From NCBI GenBank assembly GCA_951406725.2, contig OX597815.1, positions 177,630,001 to 177,694,000 on the forward strand: a DNA stretch of 64,000 nucleotides, given 5' to 3'. The position numbers and the translations under genes were made by a program. The notes below the pieces were generated by a model, which was not told the DNA's origin, did not search any database, and was given only the letters and a program-made list of their open reading frames with translations. This stretch comes from Octopus vulgaris (Eukaryota). This document shows, in pieces, positions 1-13,262 of the stretch; position 1 is the first letter of the stretch; each line of letters opens with the position of its first letter.

Positions 1-299
1 TGTCACCGAGGCAATTTCGACCTACAATGTTTAACTTGCTTCAAAGCAACAGATTTCTTATCACAAAACCTTTTGCTAGTCCAAATACTCACTAGCAGCT
101 TCCTCAGTGCCATGTGTTCTAACCAGAGAAGTCGGAAACCGAGAGATATATTTTCCACGTATCGGTGTAGTATGCCAATAAAGTAATCGTTGAAAATGTA
201 AAGGACACCATTTGCATGCAAAACTCCAAATATATTTGCATATAACTTACTCACTTTTTTATACCGTAAAATTAAATATTTACAAAAACCGCTTTATTC

Positions 300-1900
300 T
301 GAACGATACGCAATAGGTTTGAGCTCATATTACATCTATCGCTTTAGATCATGAAGGACATGCGTGAAAAGAGAATAGCAAGAAGATATACCGAAGAGTA
401 TTGGTTGAATTTTTTATAATAATTCCACTACATCTAGTTTGACTGGATATTGCATTAGAAATTTCAGCATCTTTAGAATGTGTAGCCACCAAAACGGCCT
501 TTTATCTCTCACCGTACCTACATCTCTCCATCTTAACAGAAACTTGGACTTCGTAGTTTTGTAGTAGCAGTGATGACAATATTCAACAAAGCTTTATCCA
601 CATTCATTTGTAGACAGAAAATACATCTTATATAAAGAACGTATTTTATGTCTAGAAATATTTATTCTTCACAGCGCTCTCAAAATGTCAGAACGACATA
701 CATTTCACTAAACTATAAAAATATTTACATTGACAAATTGTCTCCTTCCCCTCAGCTTTTTCTGTTACTTACAACCATTATTTACACTCATCTCTTGTTT
801 CGTAGATATCTGGCTCTGTGACTTGCAGCACCTGAATAAACTGTTGTTACATTCCTTTTACATGACAAGAAAGAGTTGGAAATTGGTATTAATTTGCCTA
901 CAGAACAATTTTGTGTTATCATTATTAAAAAATGTAGACGTGGATTTGACAAAATATAGATTTCAGTGCATGTTTGTATTCCGTTCACTTGCCATTGGAT
1001 TTGCAAGTTTCAGCTGTAACATGGAACATCTATCGTTGTAGTTGGATTTTAAGTCTGCAAGTGAGCCAGAAGCACACGTAATTGTAAGCTTCTGTCATAA
1101 AATGAAAAATAATTACCTATGATGGTGTGTGTAGTTATGCGTTGTGCAACTGTGTTGTTATCCTTGTCATGCAGACGACAATGCTGGTCTTCTCAAGTGG
1201 CGTGTGGGAAACTACTGCGATATCCTAAAAATCCTCTTCTTGAACAAAGTGGACACGAAAGTTTCACTGTTGCCATGAATGTGCATCCTAGCTGAGGTTC
1301 ACTTCGCATGCAGTTAGGCTGGAATCAGGAATCAGACATAAAGTAATTATACTGTATGCTATTCGAGAACTTATACTTGTACTGCAACAAGGTGTTCTGC
1401 GCTGTCCATTCACGCACTTCCTGGGCTTCAGCATCTGACCGGCTAAAATTTCCGACTCGATATACTATGTCTCATTGTCCTTGCACCCTGCATCATTTGA
1501 AAGTAACACCTCTCAGCTAGGTGCTAAATATCAGTAAGCCATGATCTTTGGCTTAGATATGATAGTGCCACCTATATTTTCTCTCCCCTTAGTTACACTG
1601 TCGTTGTAGCTAACGACATAGCTTTGTCTATGGTTTCCTTATACTATTCTTGGCTGTGCTGCACTGAACCTCTCCAGCGACACTACGGAATGGACGGTTT
1701 TGTCACATTCTTAACGTTGTGATTGATTCCGCGTTCGGTTGTGAATAGACTGGGGGAATACCTCAACCACGGCATGGAAAAGCAACTGATATCTTGTTGA
1801 GGAATTCCAATTCAGCATAGCACTCAATATATCAAGCCGTTTGTCAGGTTGGAATTTAAGATGTGTCGTCATATTTGAATGAGAGTAGGACCATTCAGAA
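300..1900 (-). pseudogene. Highly decayed large DNA-transposase relic (Academ-like, tentative)
   Basis: Manual minus-strand translation gives MHIHGNSETFVSTLF (~1240-1285), DKDNNTVAQRITTHTIIG (~1115-1170) and LFSFHA (~360-380). These resemble HxxTxS..L, DN..T..TxHxT and FHA..GCD motifs of Academ-type transposases. Many stops, no TIR seen. Confidence 0.3.
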
Positions 1901-2087
1901 AACAAAGATCTCCTACATATACTTGGATCATTGAACGGTAATTCAATGACTCTTAATTATTTACATACATAAATAGAAATTGTTCATCAAAAGCATTCGC
2001 AGACAAAGACAAACACTGACACACACACTCTCTCTCTCTCTCTCACACACACACAGACAAACACACACACACACACATATCATTTCC

Positions 2088-2302
2088 ATTTCACTTTTTA
2101 ACCAATCAGCTGACTGCGGCGTTGTTGGAGAATCGATTTGAAGCAATCGTTTTCAGCCTAGAACAAATTTATAACAAACACGAGGCTTTGACCGAACCGG
2201 GGACATAGTACGAGACACTTGCACCAAATACCATGCGTGAGAAATGACCCCACGATCATGAGTTGGGAAAGCAAACTTCTTACCATGGAAGCACGCCAGT
2301 AC
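2088..2302 (-). mobile_element. Decayed tRNA-derived SINE (same family as 23998-24420; octopus OK-type by recall)
   Basis: Reverse complement reads ggtaagaagtttgctttcccaactcatgatcgtggggtc...caagtgtctcgtactatgtccccggttcggtcaaagcctcgtg, aligning by eye with 24000-24080. Confidence 0.7.
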
Positions 2303-2359
2303 CTATGTGCATATAGGAATAATTATATGTATACATATGTAAGTGTCAGTTTACTGTAT

Positions 2360-2393
<34 letters not shown>

Positions 2394-2428
2394 GTAAATG
2401 TAATATGTGACAATTTTTCGGTAGCCAT

Positions 2429-2488
2429 GATAAAACTCCGAGTTCGAATGCCGGGGTGGAAATACACGCCGCCATCTCTTCAGTTATC
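2429..2488 (-). ncRNA. Degenerate type-I hammerhead ribozyme motif
   Basis: Minus strand: gataa-CUGAAGA-gatg...cattc-GA[A missing]-ACUC G GAGU-U-ttatc. Stems I, II and III are present but one A of GAAA is deleted. Confidence 0.6.
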
Positions 2489-2655
2489 CGGCCATAGGAA
2501 ACGTCTTTCAACACACGAATTTACATCAAGAATCTTGCAAAACGAATATATTTATAAAATTTTAAACTAGGATAAAATCTTTATAAGAATTTATCAATTA
2601 ATCAATTTGAAAAATCTCATAATGGAAAAATTATAATTATTGCTTTTGAATAGAG

Positions 2656-2849
2656 TTGTTTATATTAAAGGCATTAATAAGCATAAATGCCTCACGCTAT
2701 AAAGGACTCTGAAAGTCAAAAGTGCCATAATAAATACAGTCTACCGAACGCGAGGGAATGCAAGAGTGGTATCTATTATGGTAGTTTTGACTTTAACGTC
2801 CCTCATAGCATGAGGCATTCATGTGTATAAATGCCCTTAGTATAAATAA
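2656..2849. repeat. Imperfect ~80-bp inverted repeat (fold-back) abutting (TA)n
   Basis: 2656-2737 (ttgtttatattaaaggcatt...aaagtcaaaagtgccataataaatac) is the approximate reverse complement of 2769-2849, with a ~30-bp spacer. Confidence 0.85.
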
Positions 2850-2870
2850 TATATATATATATATATATAT

Positions 2871-3082
2871 TGATCGCCATGTTGATTCGTTAGCTACTGC
2901 ACGCATTTTTTTCTCTCCTTCTTTCTGTGTTTTTCTCTCTCTGTGTATCTTTCTGTTGAAGAGCGTAGGCTCGAAACGTTAAAGACTTGTTTTATTTATA
3001 TTTCCTGAGCGCCATACTAATACAATTGTTCGTTTGTTTTCCACCTGCCTTCGTCTTTTGTTTATTTTCATAAAGCTTCCCG

Positions 3083-3085
<3 letters not shown>
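2871..3085 (+). mobile_element. Solo PLE pseudo-LTR-like fragment with hammerhead motif, embedded in (TA)n
   Basis: cttt-CUGUUGA-a-gagc gtag gctc-GAAA-cg-UU-aaag at ~2950-2984. Homologous to 11740-11892 on the opposite strand. (TA)n on both sides. Confidence 0.75.
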
Positions 3086-3126
<41 letters not shown>

Positions 3127-3201
3127 GTATGTGTACGTATATATATATATATATATAATATATACATCATACACATACACACTCACACATACATATGCAT
3201 A

Positions 3202-3253
<52 letters not shown>

Positions 3254-3289
3254 CATATTTATATATGCATATATATATATACGTATACA

Positions 3290-3450
3290 TTTATTTGTGT
3301 GTATCTTTGTGTATGTGTTTGACCTGCACCATCGCTTGAAATCTGATAATGGTGTATCTATGACCCCAAACGTAGCTGTTCGCCAAAATAGATCGATATA
3401 AGTACTAGGCTTACCCAAAATAAGTTTTCAAGTCGAATGACTGAAAAAGC
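3290..3450 (+). mobile_element. 3' half of the same tRNA-SINE family, decayed
   Basis: tcgcttgaaatctgataatggtg...cgatataagtactaggcttac matches 24230-24320 by eye. Confidence 0.6.
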
Positions 3451-3640
3451 ACACAAATGTAAAACTAGGTGGGAAGAAATAGCAACTGAATACTGGAGGT
3501 AGAGTATCGGAGAGTTTGGAGGGAGAATCAAAACTGTCCATCGAGGAACAGGAACATGAAACTCTGAGTAGCAGGTTTTTGTGATGATTTTTGCAGCTTC
3601 AATAATAAAGTATACATATATATATATACATACGTATACA

Positions 3641-3697
<57 letters not shown>

Positions 3698-3736
3698 ATA
3701 TACATATACACATATATATATATACACACATACATA

Positions 3737-3785
<49 letters not shown>

Positions 3786-6700
3786 AGAGAGAGAGAGATA
3801 CATAGATACACATGCATACATAATACATACGTAGATTGATATGATCTAAAACTTGTGATCTATTATTCTATTCCAAACTATGTCGCTATTAAATATAATG
3901 AATTAACTTGAGGAAGCACCGAAAAATAAACGGCATTGCTATACATCAAGTAAATAATATATGAATATTTACTGCATACGCAAACACAAACACAGGCACA
4001 CACACACATACATATATATACACATACATACTTTTTGTCTATTATTTATCTAATTCGTGGATAAACATTCATACTCGTATAGTTCTAATTGAAAGAGAAT
4101 CCAATGTAATGATGCGGGAGAATTGGAGACTGAATCAAGCAGAGTAAAAAAATGCTCTTAATCGTCCGGTCAACAGAAATACTATTTTGAAGTTGATCAA
4201 TTTATTATAAATAACAATTGGACAAAGTAATAAATATACGTTCATATATACGCTTATGTAGGAATTTTATCTTGTTTTCTTTCGTTCTATCAATCTGATT
4301 TTAATTGTTTCATCTAGAGCTGAGGATCGTTTGGAATTATCATAATATTTCCACTTAATTTGATTAATCGATATTGATTCATAATTCTTCTTTATTATGC
4401 CAAGAGTTTGTTCAGCAAATACATTTAAATTTAACATCTTAATTTCTTCTGTCGGCAGGAAGGTAGGACACTTATACTGATCTAATGTTGGTGCATAATA
4501 ATCACACGCATCGCTCTCATCATTAGTTCAGAACATAATCCTTTCCGTTTCAGAATTTAATTTGATAAATCTGATTGTAAACTTCGAATCCTTTCTTGTT
4601 TCTTTGAATGTAATTGTTTAAGATTTGTGTTCAATGTGTTACATCAAACATTAAAATGTAAGATATTTATATATATCTTTTATATGACTAAAATATGAAA
4701 ACATATGAATACTAATATGTTACCCTGTTACAAAATAAACCGTATTGTTAAAAAAAAAATATCTCGAAATTTCTTTGTTGAGATCCACGAAATATAGTTT
4801 GGAAGAAAACTGTTTAGTGTAATAGTCTTGTTGTTATTTAGTTTCTGTTTGTCTCAAATAAAAGTGAAGTAGTATATAGCAAATCAGAAGTAAAGCTTTT
4901 AAAATACGGTCCCTTTAAACACATGCAAATGGATCATTACGTATCAGTTAGCAATCATTTAGTCTACAGTTTTTTTCTAAAAGTAAAGCATGATGTTTAA
5001 TTATTTCATGCATTCAAAAACGCAAATAGAACAAATAAGAAATGCATGATGTTAGCAGAAATAAACTGAGAGAATGCATAGTTATTAATTTAAACGTGTT
5101 GTGGTCGATAACTTAGAAGTATCCGCTTAGTAGTAAGAAATAATTGAATAGGAGACAGTTGTTTTGTTATCATCACAATTGATAGACAGTTTCTAAAATA
5201 CAGGAGAGTTCAGAAACATTCTATTTTACAAGGGAGACAACTTGGTGCGGCCCTGATGGTCGTTTATCTTGAGGAAGATAATTCCTTCTAGATTAAATTA
5301 AGGCGGGAAGATGAAATTATAAATCAAAGCGGAAGTAAATTGCGCAGAATATGCATATTCAATATTTCTTTTTCCTGTACATAATAGGCAGCTTAAAATC
5401 TCCCGTCTTTCGTTGATTTGTTCGGTGCCATTTCATCCGTATTTTTACAGTCATCAGCTCGACATAACCAGAGTGAAATATGAAGCTGTAGAATTCTTAT
5501 AGAGAGATTATAATTTACAGTTTAAGAGGGATTCATAAGATATTTATTGTTCTTTGTCATTTATCACAATTAACAATTTTTCAATAGTATAGATATTAAT
5601 ATTTCCAGAGATGTCTGTTTGAAAATGTTTTTTCTTGTAGTTACAATTATTGCTTTCATTAAAAGGAATTTCACGAGCCGTTTTTCGTATCTTCTTGGCG
5701 GATAGAGACAAAGGTATCAACCTGGAATTGCATCGCGTTTTGTCCCCCGCTATGAGATCCAAGAGAGTTTCTTCGTGTTCATTTTGCTGGACTTCTGGTA
5801 GTCAGCAATCGTCGGCATAATTTCTTGTAGATTAATTTAAGTTGGGTGTTTAGAAGTTTGAATTTAAATTAGAGTAAAGAAGACAGAGCACAAAATAAAC
5901 ACATTTAATATATCCTTCTGCTTTACGTTATAAAAATCTTAACGTTGTTTCCAGTCGGTGATACCCTTGTATAGCGCCATTTCATCTTCATTTAGAATCG
6001 TCAGCATGACATAATTGGAGGCAAATAAATTACTCTAAATTAAACACTTTTATCTCGTTTTCATTTTTCGCAACATTTTTGGGATTTAAATGTATGTATT
6101 ATTCCTTCATTTTATTGCTTCTGCTTATTATTGTACTTTTTTTAATACTTTATCTTTTGACTGTATATTATCTTATGAAATGTTGATTTCCTTATCCGCT
6201 GCTGATCTCTACTGCTGTTCATTTGTATTTGTTCATTTCTGTTTTCATTTGTGATTACTAGTCTTTTGTATTCCTATTTGTACATTCTTTCATCGCGTCG
6301 CTATTTGAACCCCTCCTCTAAGTATTATATCAATACCTATTAACTGTGTAGTTACTTACAATGTATTTCGCCATGATTCTATGGCTGAGGAGTGTAATAT
6401 ATTCAACCTGCTTTATATTTCGACAACTTCATATGATGAGCTGCCTTCTTCCATGAAACGATAGCAATAATGGACTCGAAATATCAATAACTAGATTTCT
6501 GTAATTCTTTCAAATATATGACACTTTGCTATGACATAACCAACATCGCCCAATTTATACATTGCTATGCGGCTTATAGGAATAAGATAATATAGCATGA
6601 AGTGGTTCGAATATTGAAATTTAATTCGTGTAGTCACTGTGTTCAACTACTTGGGTCGAGGTTAGAACAGTCCCCTAATAAGGGAAAGCAATGAGGTAAC

Positions 6701-6909
6701 CATAAATATTGCATACGTATAAAGTAGGCTAAGCAACAATTAAAAAAGTTATGTATACCACTATCTCGAATGATTGCTCGGGGTTTTCTGGATTCAATAA
6801 GTATAAATTGTAATAGAAAAGAAAACAGAAAATGACCAGAAACAGATGAGCCGTTAATGTGCGTAGACATGCACAGTCGTACACACACGCCACGCACATA
6901 CACACAGAC

Positions 6910-6946
<37 letters not shown>

Positions 6947-6951
<5 letters not shown>

Positions 6952-7060
6952 TGAAATTTATAGAAAAATAAAAGACGGAGACAGGTGTATGAACTACAAG
7001 CACCTGTATTAGTTTCACTCTCGGGGAAAATGAAAACACACATTGTATTAAATATACGGT
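6947..7060 (-). mobile_element. PLE-end fragment related to 2871-3085 and 11740-11892
   Basis: Shares aaaagacggagacaggtg...tgtattagt with 11760-11806 and follows (TA)n. Confidence 0.55.
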
Positions 7061-8848
7061 CCATAATATCCTTCGTATCACGCGAGGAGCAGTTTCCCAG
7101 AGTGCTGAAAGTTTCTGAATGTTGTGGTTCATGTACTTATCTGAAGAAATGTTGTTTTTTTTCTAATGATGAAATGTCTCCAATAATAAATTCAAAATTC
7201 GTTGGAAACAGCTGTAGTGAACTGATACATTATCCATCTGTTGTGATATATACATAGGTTTGTGTGTGTGTCTGTGTGTGTGTATGCGTGTGTTTGTGTG
7301 TGTGTGTTATGCATCTGTGTGTTTGTGTAAATATAATATGCGTGATTTATAGAATATATATGATATAAAAATAAATGTAGAAACCAAAAGATTGTGCCTA
7401 TATAATGGTCCAATTTAAAAGAGCTAATTCTGAAATGTTGCTTGAAAGCAACCGTTTCCTATTTTGAATGTTTTAGAGAAAGATATAATTATAACTGAAT
7501 ATCTTCTGGTATATCATTCAAAAATATTTGCGATTTGATGGATTAAATAAAAATAACAATATTTATTTCTACGCGTGTAAAGTAAAATATCTTAAGCTTT
7601 TTACTTGAATGTTCTGTATGAGATTAATGTGCGTACAGGGTCGATCATGCATTAGATATAAGATTCCAAAGAAGGCATGATGGTGTATTGGAGGTGTACT
7701 CACGGCTAAAACATTGAACACGTTCTAATCGTTCAATAACTCATATCAATATATTACTCTAGAAAAAAACCAATATGAACACGAGTCATTTATCGATTTC
7801 TCTTTGCCGTAAATAGAATTTTATGGTAAGTTAGTTCACTGCACAAGAGGTCTGACAATCTTATAGACATTACATTTTACTGTTATGCACCTGAAACAAG
7901 CGAATAGATGTTTCTCTAAGGTGTGTATCGTATTCATCGTTGTGTTTATTCTGTATATACTTATAATTTGTTTCTGTTGAGATTTTATTCTATCACACGG
8001 TGTAAAATAGTGATTCACTAAAATGCAAGCAAGTCGCAGTTTCTACTGATTGAGGTTAAAACAACATTGTTGTTTCACAATGTTTGGCCGAGTTGGTGAA
8101 TTAGGAACTGCGAGATGGTGTTTGTCAGAATAATGGCGAAACTGAGTGTTTCATAGGGTTTTGTGAGGTCGCTTCTCCTCATGATTTACACTACAGTATC
8201 TGGTAAGTAGAGACTAAAATATCAACTTACGAATGTCAAAATGACAGGAGCTACGTAATAATTTTCATTAGATCAGCTTTCTTTCTATCCAGTATAGGAA
8301 ACAATACAATCAAGTACTAAAATGAAGTCACTACGTTAGTCTTCGACTTTTGCCTTCTGAACCATGAACTGAAACACATACTCTCTCTCTTTCTCTTTCT
8401 CATAAACACACACACACCATTCTATGATACACCACAGTAATTATAAATATATATTCGACTTTAATAATCCACATTACAGACACACATTTTTGTAAATACG
8501 AGTAGTATCCAAATTGCGATCAATTTAATTTGCACCTATATGCACGTGTGTTTCTTGATTAATGCATCCAATTTGGTTTGCGATGATACACGTAAACGCA
8601 CTCTTCCTGGGACTTCTCAGGAAAAGCATGGCTTCATATTACTGTGTCACACTTATTCTTTGCCTCATCTGCAAGAAATTGGTTTACATTGCACAGCATA
8701 ACACAGAAGGTTGGTAGCAATTACAAACAAATGACGTGGCTTTAAAGACTTCAATGCATCTCTTACTATAAAACATTAAATGACACTGACGCGTTGAAGA
8801 CTACAGTCCCGTTCATTAATTCCTAGGCATCCATCAATCGTACACGTA

Positions 8849-9140
8849 CGAGGTGGTATCAAAAAGTTCCTGGGCTAGTTGTGCTTAATAGCGACGTATC
8901 TTATTTACCTAAAATTTCAAAATAATCACGTTGCGCAGTAATATACCTGTCCCAGCATTCCTGCTACTTTTGAAATCCAACCGAGAAGTTGTGTTTTTAA
9001 GCGAGTCGAAGAACTTCCGTGATACGCTCTGGAACTGGACAACGGTGTTGAAGCGGTGACCTTTGAGCAGTATATCCATATTTGGGACGAGGGTGCTAAA
9101 TCTGGCGAATAAGGGTGAGGGCGGAAGCGAAAACATTGTA
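8849..9140 (-). mobile_element. Mariner 3' fragment
   Basis: TA followed by TIR-like cgaggtggtatcaaaaagttcc. Minus-strand peptide PHPYSPDLAPS is the mariner YSPDLAP motif. Confidence 0.8.
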
Positions 9141-9461
9141 GTTTAAGCCAGTATATATTTTCTATCACTGATACCGTTGTATTATTTTGGTCGTCTGAAA
9201 TTACCTGTATACCTTGGACATATGTTTCTATTCCTGAATTAGGTCTGGTAATCAATTTTGAAGTGGAAATTTCAGGTTTAACCCGCAATAACACTTTAAT
9301 AATCCTCATGTTTCAGCTTACAGGGTTATTTACTGGAAAATATTTTGGTTATAAGTAGAAAATTCATGAAGCTCTATGTCTGATTAATATTTGCCGGACA
9401 ACATTTTTAACACTACAACTTGTATTTTCCAATAGCTATGCCATATATTTCAGAGCTAATA

Positions 9462-9523
<62 letters not shown>

Positions 9524-11570
9524 CATCGAACCGCATTTCGCTTTTCTGCACGAAATAATCATGCTTTATTTATTATAGTTCCTCTCTATTCGTTCTTTGG
9601 TTCTTCATCCTGTCTTTTATCTAGAAATTTAGCCTGTTTAACGCATCAGTGTAAATGAAAAAATAATATTAGGCAACAAGTACTCTGACAATTCCGATCT
9701 GGAATATTTGCACTCGCTTGAAGAGATTTTCATACAATCCCTAATTCGGATATAGCTATTTGTGTGCTTCACAAATTATAGATTGTGAGAAAGTTATAGT
9801 TTTTTAAAAAATAGAAGTCTTACCTGCAATTTATGCAATGCAATCATGTTTGTTATTCGTGATAAATTTGGGAAATATATGGAATTATTTACGAACAAAT
9901 ATAGAAATTTGATTTTTACACCTGCTGACTGAATATTATGAAAGCAGTAATTTGTATGAGGTGAAATAAGATTTTGCTGATGTACCAAGATGAACAAAAA
10001 CATTTTTGCTGATTTATCATGACAACTCATAAAAGCAATTAGAAATATCGTAAAAATCTATTTTGGTGAACAACTTAGTTTTTATTACACATTGTTCTTA
10101 TTAAAGATTTATGATATGTTTTATTGGTTTTTACAAGTAGCGAATAAACTTTCTTGCTAAGTATTTGGAAAATTCATACAAATCTCCACAATTGAGATAT
10201 AACTGAATAAAGAAAATAATTGGTCATTATCCAAGAAATAATATATAACCCTGCATATTACACATCGATCGATCTCAAATATAAATGCTAATGAAGAGAA
10301 TGTTGTTGACATTTGAGATGAAATGATTTAGGACAAGATTTAGAAATCTTAAGAGTACTGAGTTAGATCGTAAGTGTGAAGAAATATTTTTTTGAAAAAC
10401 TGTGAGTACCATGCGAAAGAGATGATATTTAGGAAGCAAGACTGAGAAAGGGGAGTTATGTGGTATAAACAAAGTGTTTTGATGGATTCGATCGATGTCA
10501 ATGATAGGCTAGTGGTCAAGTAATGAAGGGATGTAGGGTGAGGAAAATATATGCAAGGGATTTACTGGACATGCGTGCATATACAACAGGAGGCGCCGGA
10601 AGAAATATAAGGTGTATGTGGGGGAATTTGTCCATAAAAGTGACACGAGGATGAATATAGTTGAGACATGTAGATCAATTCCATGCAAGTACTTCTAATA
10701 GGGACCGCTTGTGGTCGAAAAGTCTATGAAGGATATTTGATATTTCTAAAAAGAAGTACGTATTGGTAACAAAATCATGAGACTGTAAAAAAAACTTATA
10801 ATTGTATGACATAGAATTTAATGACCTAGATTTAATGTTTGTTGTTCTAAAAAAATTATTACCGCGATTAATACAAAAACTAGTTCTACTTCATTGCTGC
10901 TTCTTGATTTTCAATGAGTTCATCTGTTGTAGGATAATGCATAAATTTGGTGCGATAGTGCTGAAACATTGCAAACAAATAGAAGCTAGAATATGAATAC
11001 AGTAATATGATACAAAACAACGAAAATATAAAAAAACCGCGCTAAGCGAAAGGTTGTTACCAGTATTTTAGTTATGGAATACAAGGCCGACAAGCTTGAA
11101 AGTACCATCTGAAATCCAAGAGGGCTACTTATATTACTTTGCACATGTACGTAAAATATAATTCATTAAAACGAATTCAATGCCTATTAAATACTCCGAA
11201 CTGTAATATAAACTGAATGAGCATTCTACAAAATTTGTTTACAAGAATTCCAAAATAAATGCTGAAAAGAATTTCCCATCGATAGTCATAAGTAATATTA
11301 ACATTCTCAGTCGTATCATAAGTCCATTTGCTTGGATTCTATCATTTGATTTTTTTTTTACCCAGTTCATAAGTAAATAATGAAATCAGTATTTCAGAGA
11401 TCTAAATTGTGTGAGAATCACCCATTCATATGAAACTATATTGCATTTGCTTCAAAATAGATAACTATTTATGTTAATTGAACCATAGATATCATTAAGC
11501 ACACACGCATATAAATGTTTGTACATGCATATATAAATACATACATTCATACATTATCTATCTATCTTTG

Positions 11571-11636
<66 letters not shown>

Positions 11637-11698
11637 AATATATATATATGCATTTATACACACACGCACACACACACATATATATATATATATGCATA

Positions 11699-11739
<41 letters not shown>

Positions 11740-11743
<4 letters not shown>

Positions 11744-11892
11744 AGAGTTTACGAAAAAGCAAAAGACGGAGACAGGTGGTGTACAAAACAAACAGATGTA
11801 TTAGTATAACGCTCAGGAATAGAAAAAGTCATTTACGTTTCGAGCCTACACTCTTCTAGAGAAAGGGACACAGAAAAAGACAAGGAGAGAAA
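11740..11892 (-). mobile_element. Solo PLE pseudo-LTR-like fragment with decayed hammerhead
   Basis: Minus strand: cttt-CUCUAGA-a-gagt gtag gctc-GAAA-cg-UA. Core mutated. Flanked by (TA)n. Homologous to 2871-3085. Confidence 0.7.
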
Positions 11893-12046
11893 TATATATA
11901 TATATATATGCATATTCATGCATATATATATACCATATATATATTTATCTATCTCTCCTAACATACATATTAACATACCTATCTTTATATAGTTGTATAT
12001 ATATATATTACATATATATATATATGTAAATATATATATATATACC

Positions 12047-12273
12047 TACAAAATTTAAAAGACAGACCACTAAACGTGGACAGTCTATATGCTAGATATA
12101 GACATCAAAATTTTGACGTCTATATTTAGCATATAGACTGGCCACTTTTAGTGGTCAGTCCTTTAAATTTTGTATGTAAAAAATATTTTTAATCTCCGGA
12201 TTTTTTTAAAAATATGCTAGGCCACTGATTTTAATTGATTAATATCAATTTCTACCCTTATTTAATTTTATAG
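12047..12273 (+). repeat. Spacer-less ~64-bp-arm palindrome plus unpaired tail (PLE-type terminus)
   Basis: tacaaaatttaaaagacagaccactaaacgtggacagtctatatgctagatatagacatcaaaa|ttttgacgtctatatttagcatatagactggccacttttagtggtcagtcctttaaattttgta. The right arm recurs at 17379-17442. The tail shares atgct(a)ggccact with ~57535. Confidence 0.85.
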
Positions 12274-12314
12274 ATATATATATATATATATATATATGCA
12301 TATATGTATGTACG

Positions 12315-12347
<33 letters not shown>

Positions 12348-12406
12348 GTATGTATATATTTATGTATATATGTATATGTATATACACACACGCACGCACA
12401 CACACG

Positions 12407-12496
<90 letters not shown>

Positions 12497-13226
12497 AGAA
12501 TGCCTATGAGTAAATATTATTCTGCAAAGTTCATTCATTCGTATAGCAGAGCTAACAAAGTAGCTGATGTACAATTTATAACTTATAATAGAAATTAAAA
12601 CAGTATATTCCCGGACGCTTCATTTGAGAAGAGTCTGTGATTGCTATACACAAATATAACCTCATAGAGACTTGGCTAAAGAGTTTCTCTTCTCTATATT
12701 AATGAATTAAAAATGGAAAATCTATTAATATCCGAAAGGTTATTTATAAGACGATAAGGTTAATGAGAGTAATACAATTTTATTCACATCACTCTACAAT
12801 TAAAGTTATACTAATTGGAGCTTAGGTATATTTGTATAAACATATTTGTGTATGTGTGTGTGTGTGTGTGTGTACGTGTTTGTGTCTGTGTGGCTGTCTG
12901 TGTATATGAGTGCGTTCCTTCGTGTATGTGTGTGTACGCACGCACACACCCCTACACATAAACCTCTAAATAAGTCATTGTATTTATATTCAAATATTAT
13001 ATTAACCATTGAATACAACAATTTAAATGTAACGGAAATTAGAGCAGAGACGCCAGAAACGTCATTTGCGATATCATTTCCGAACAGACGTAATTGTATT
13101 AATTTGTAGGAGAGATTCCAAGGTTCCGATGCAAGTTAAATAGGAACACGTTTTGCAGCTAAATCAGTCACTCCATTATAATATATAGCTTATATTGGAT
13201 AATCTCTCTAACTACAAACACACACA

Positions 13227-13262
<36 letters not shown>

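Noticed and set aside
3530-3580. Hammerhead-like GAAACUCUGAGUA with ctgt/gcag stem
   Set aside because: CUGANGA core not recognisable; at most a dead relic.
4080-6050. Decayed PLE ORF on the minus strand (LPADRRN resembling PADKG)
   Set aside because: Single weak motif; not supportable without alignment.
10250-10560. Decayed CR1/L2 RT fragment on the minus strand
   Set aside because: Motif resemblance too weak to call.
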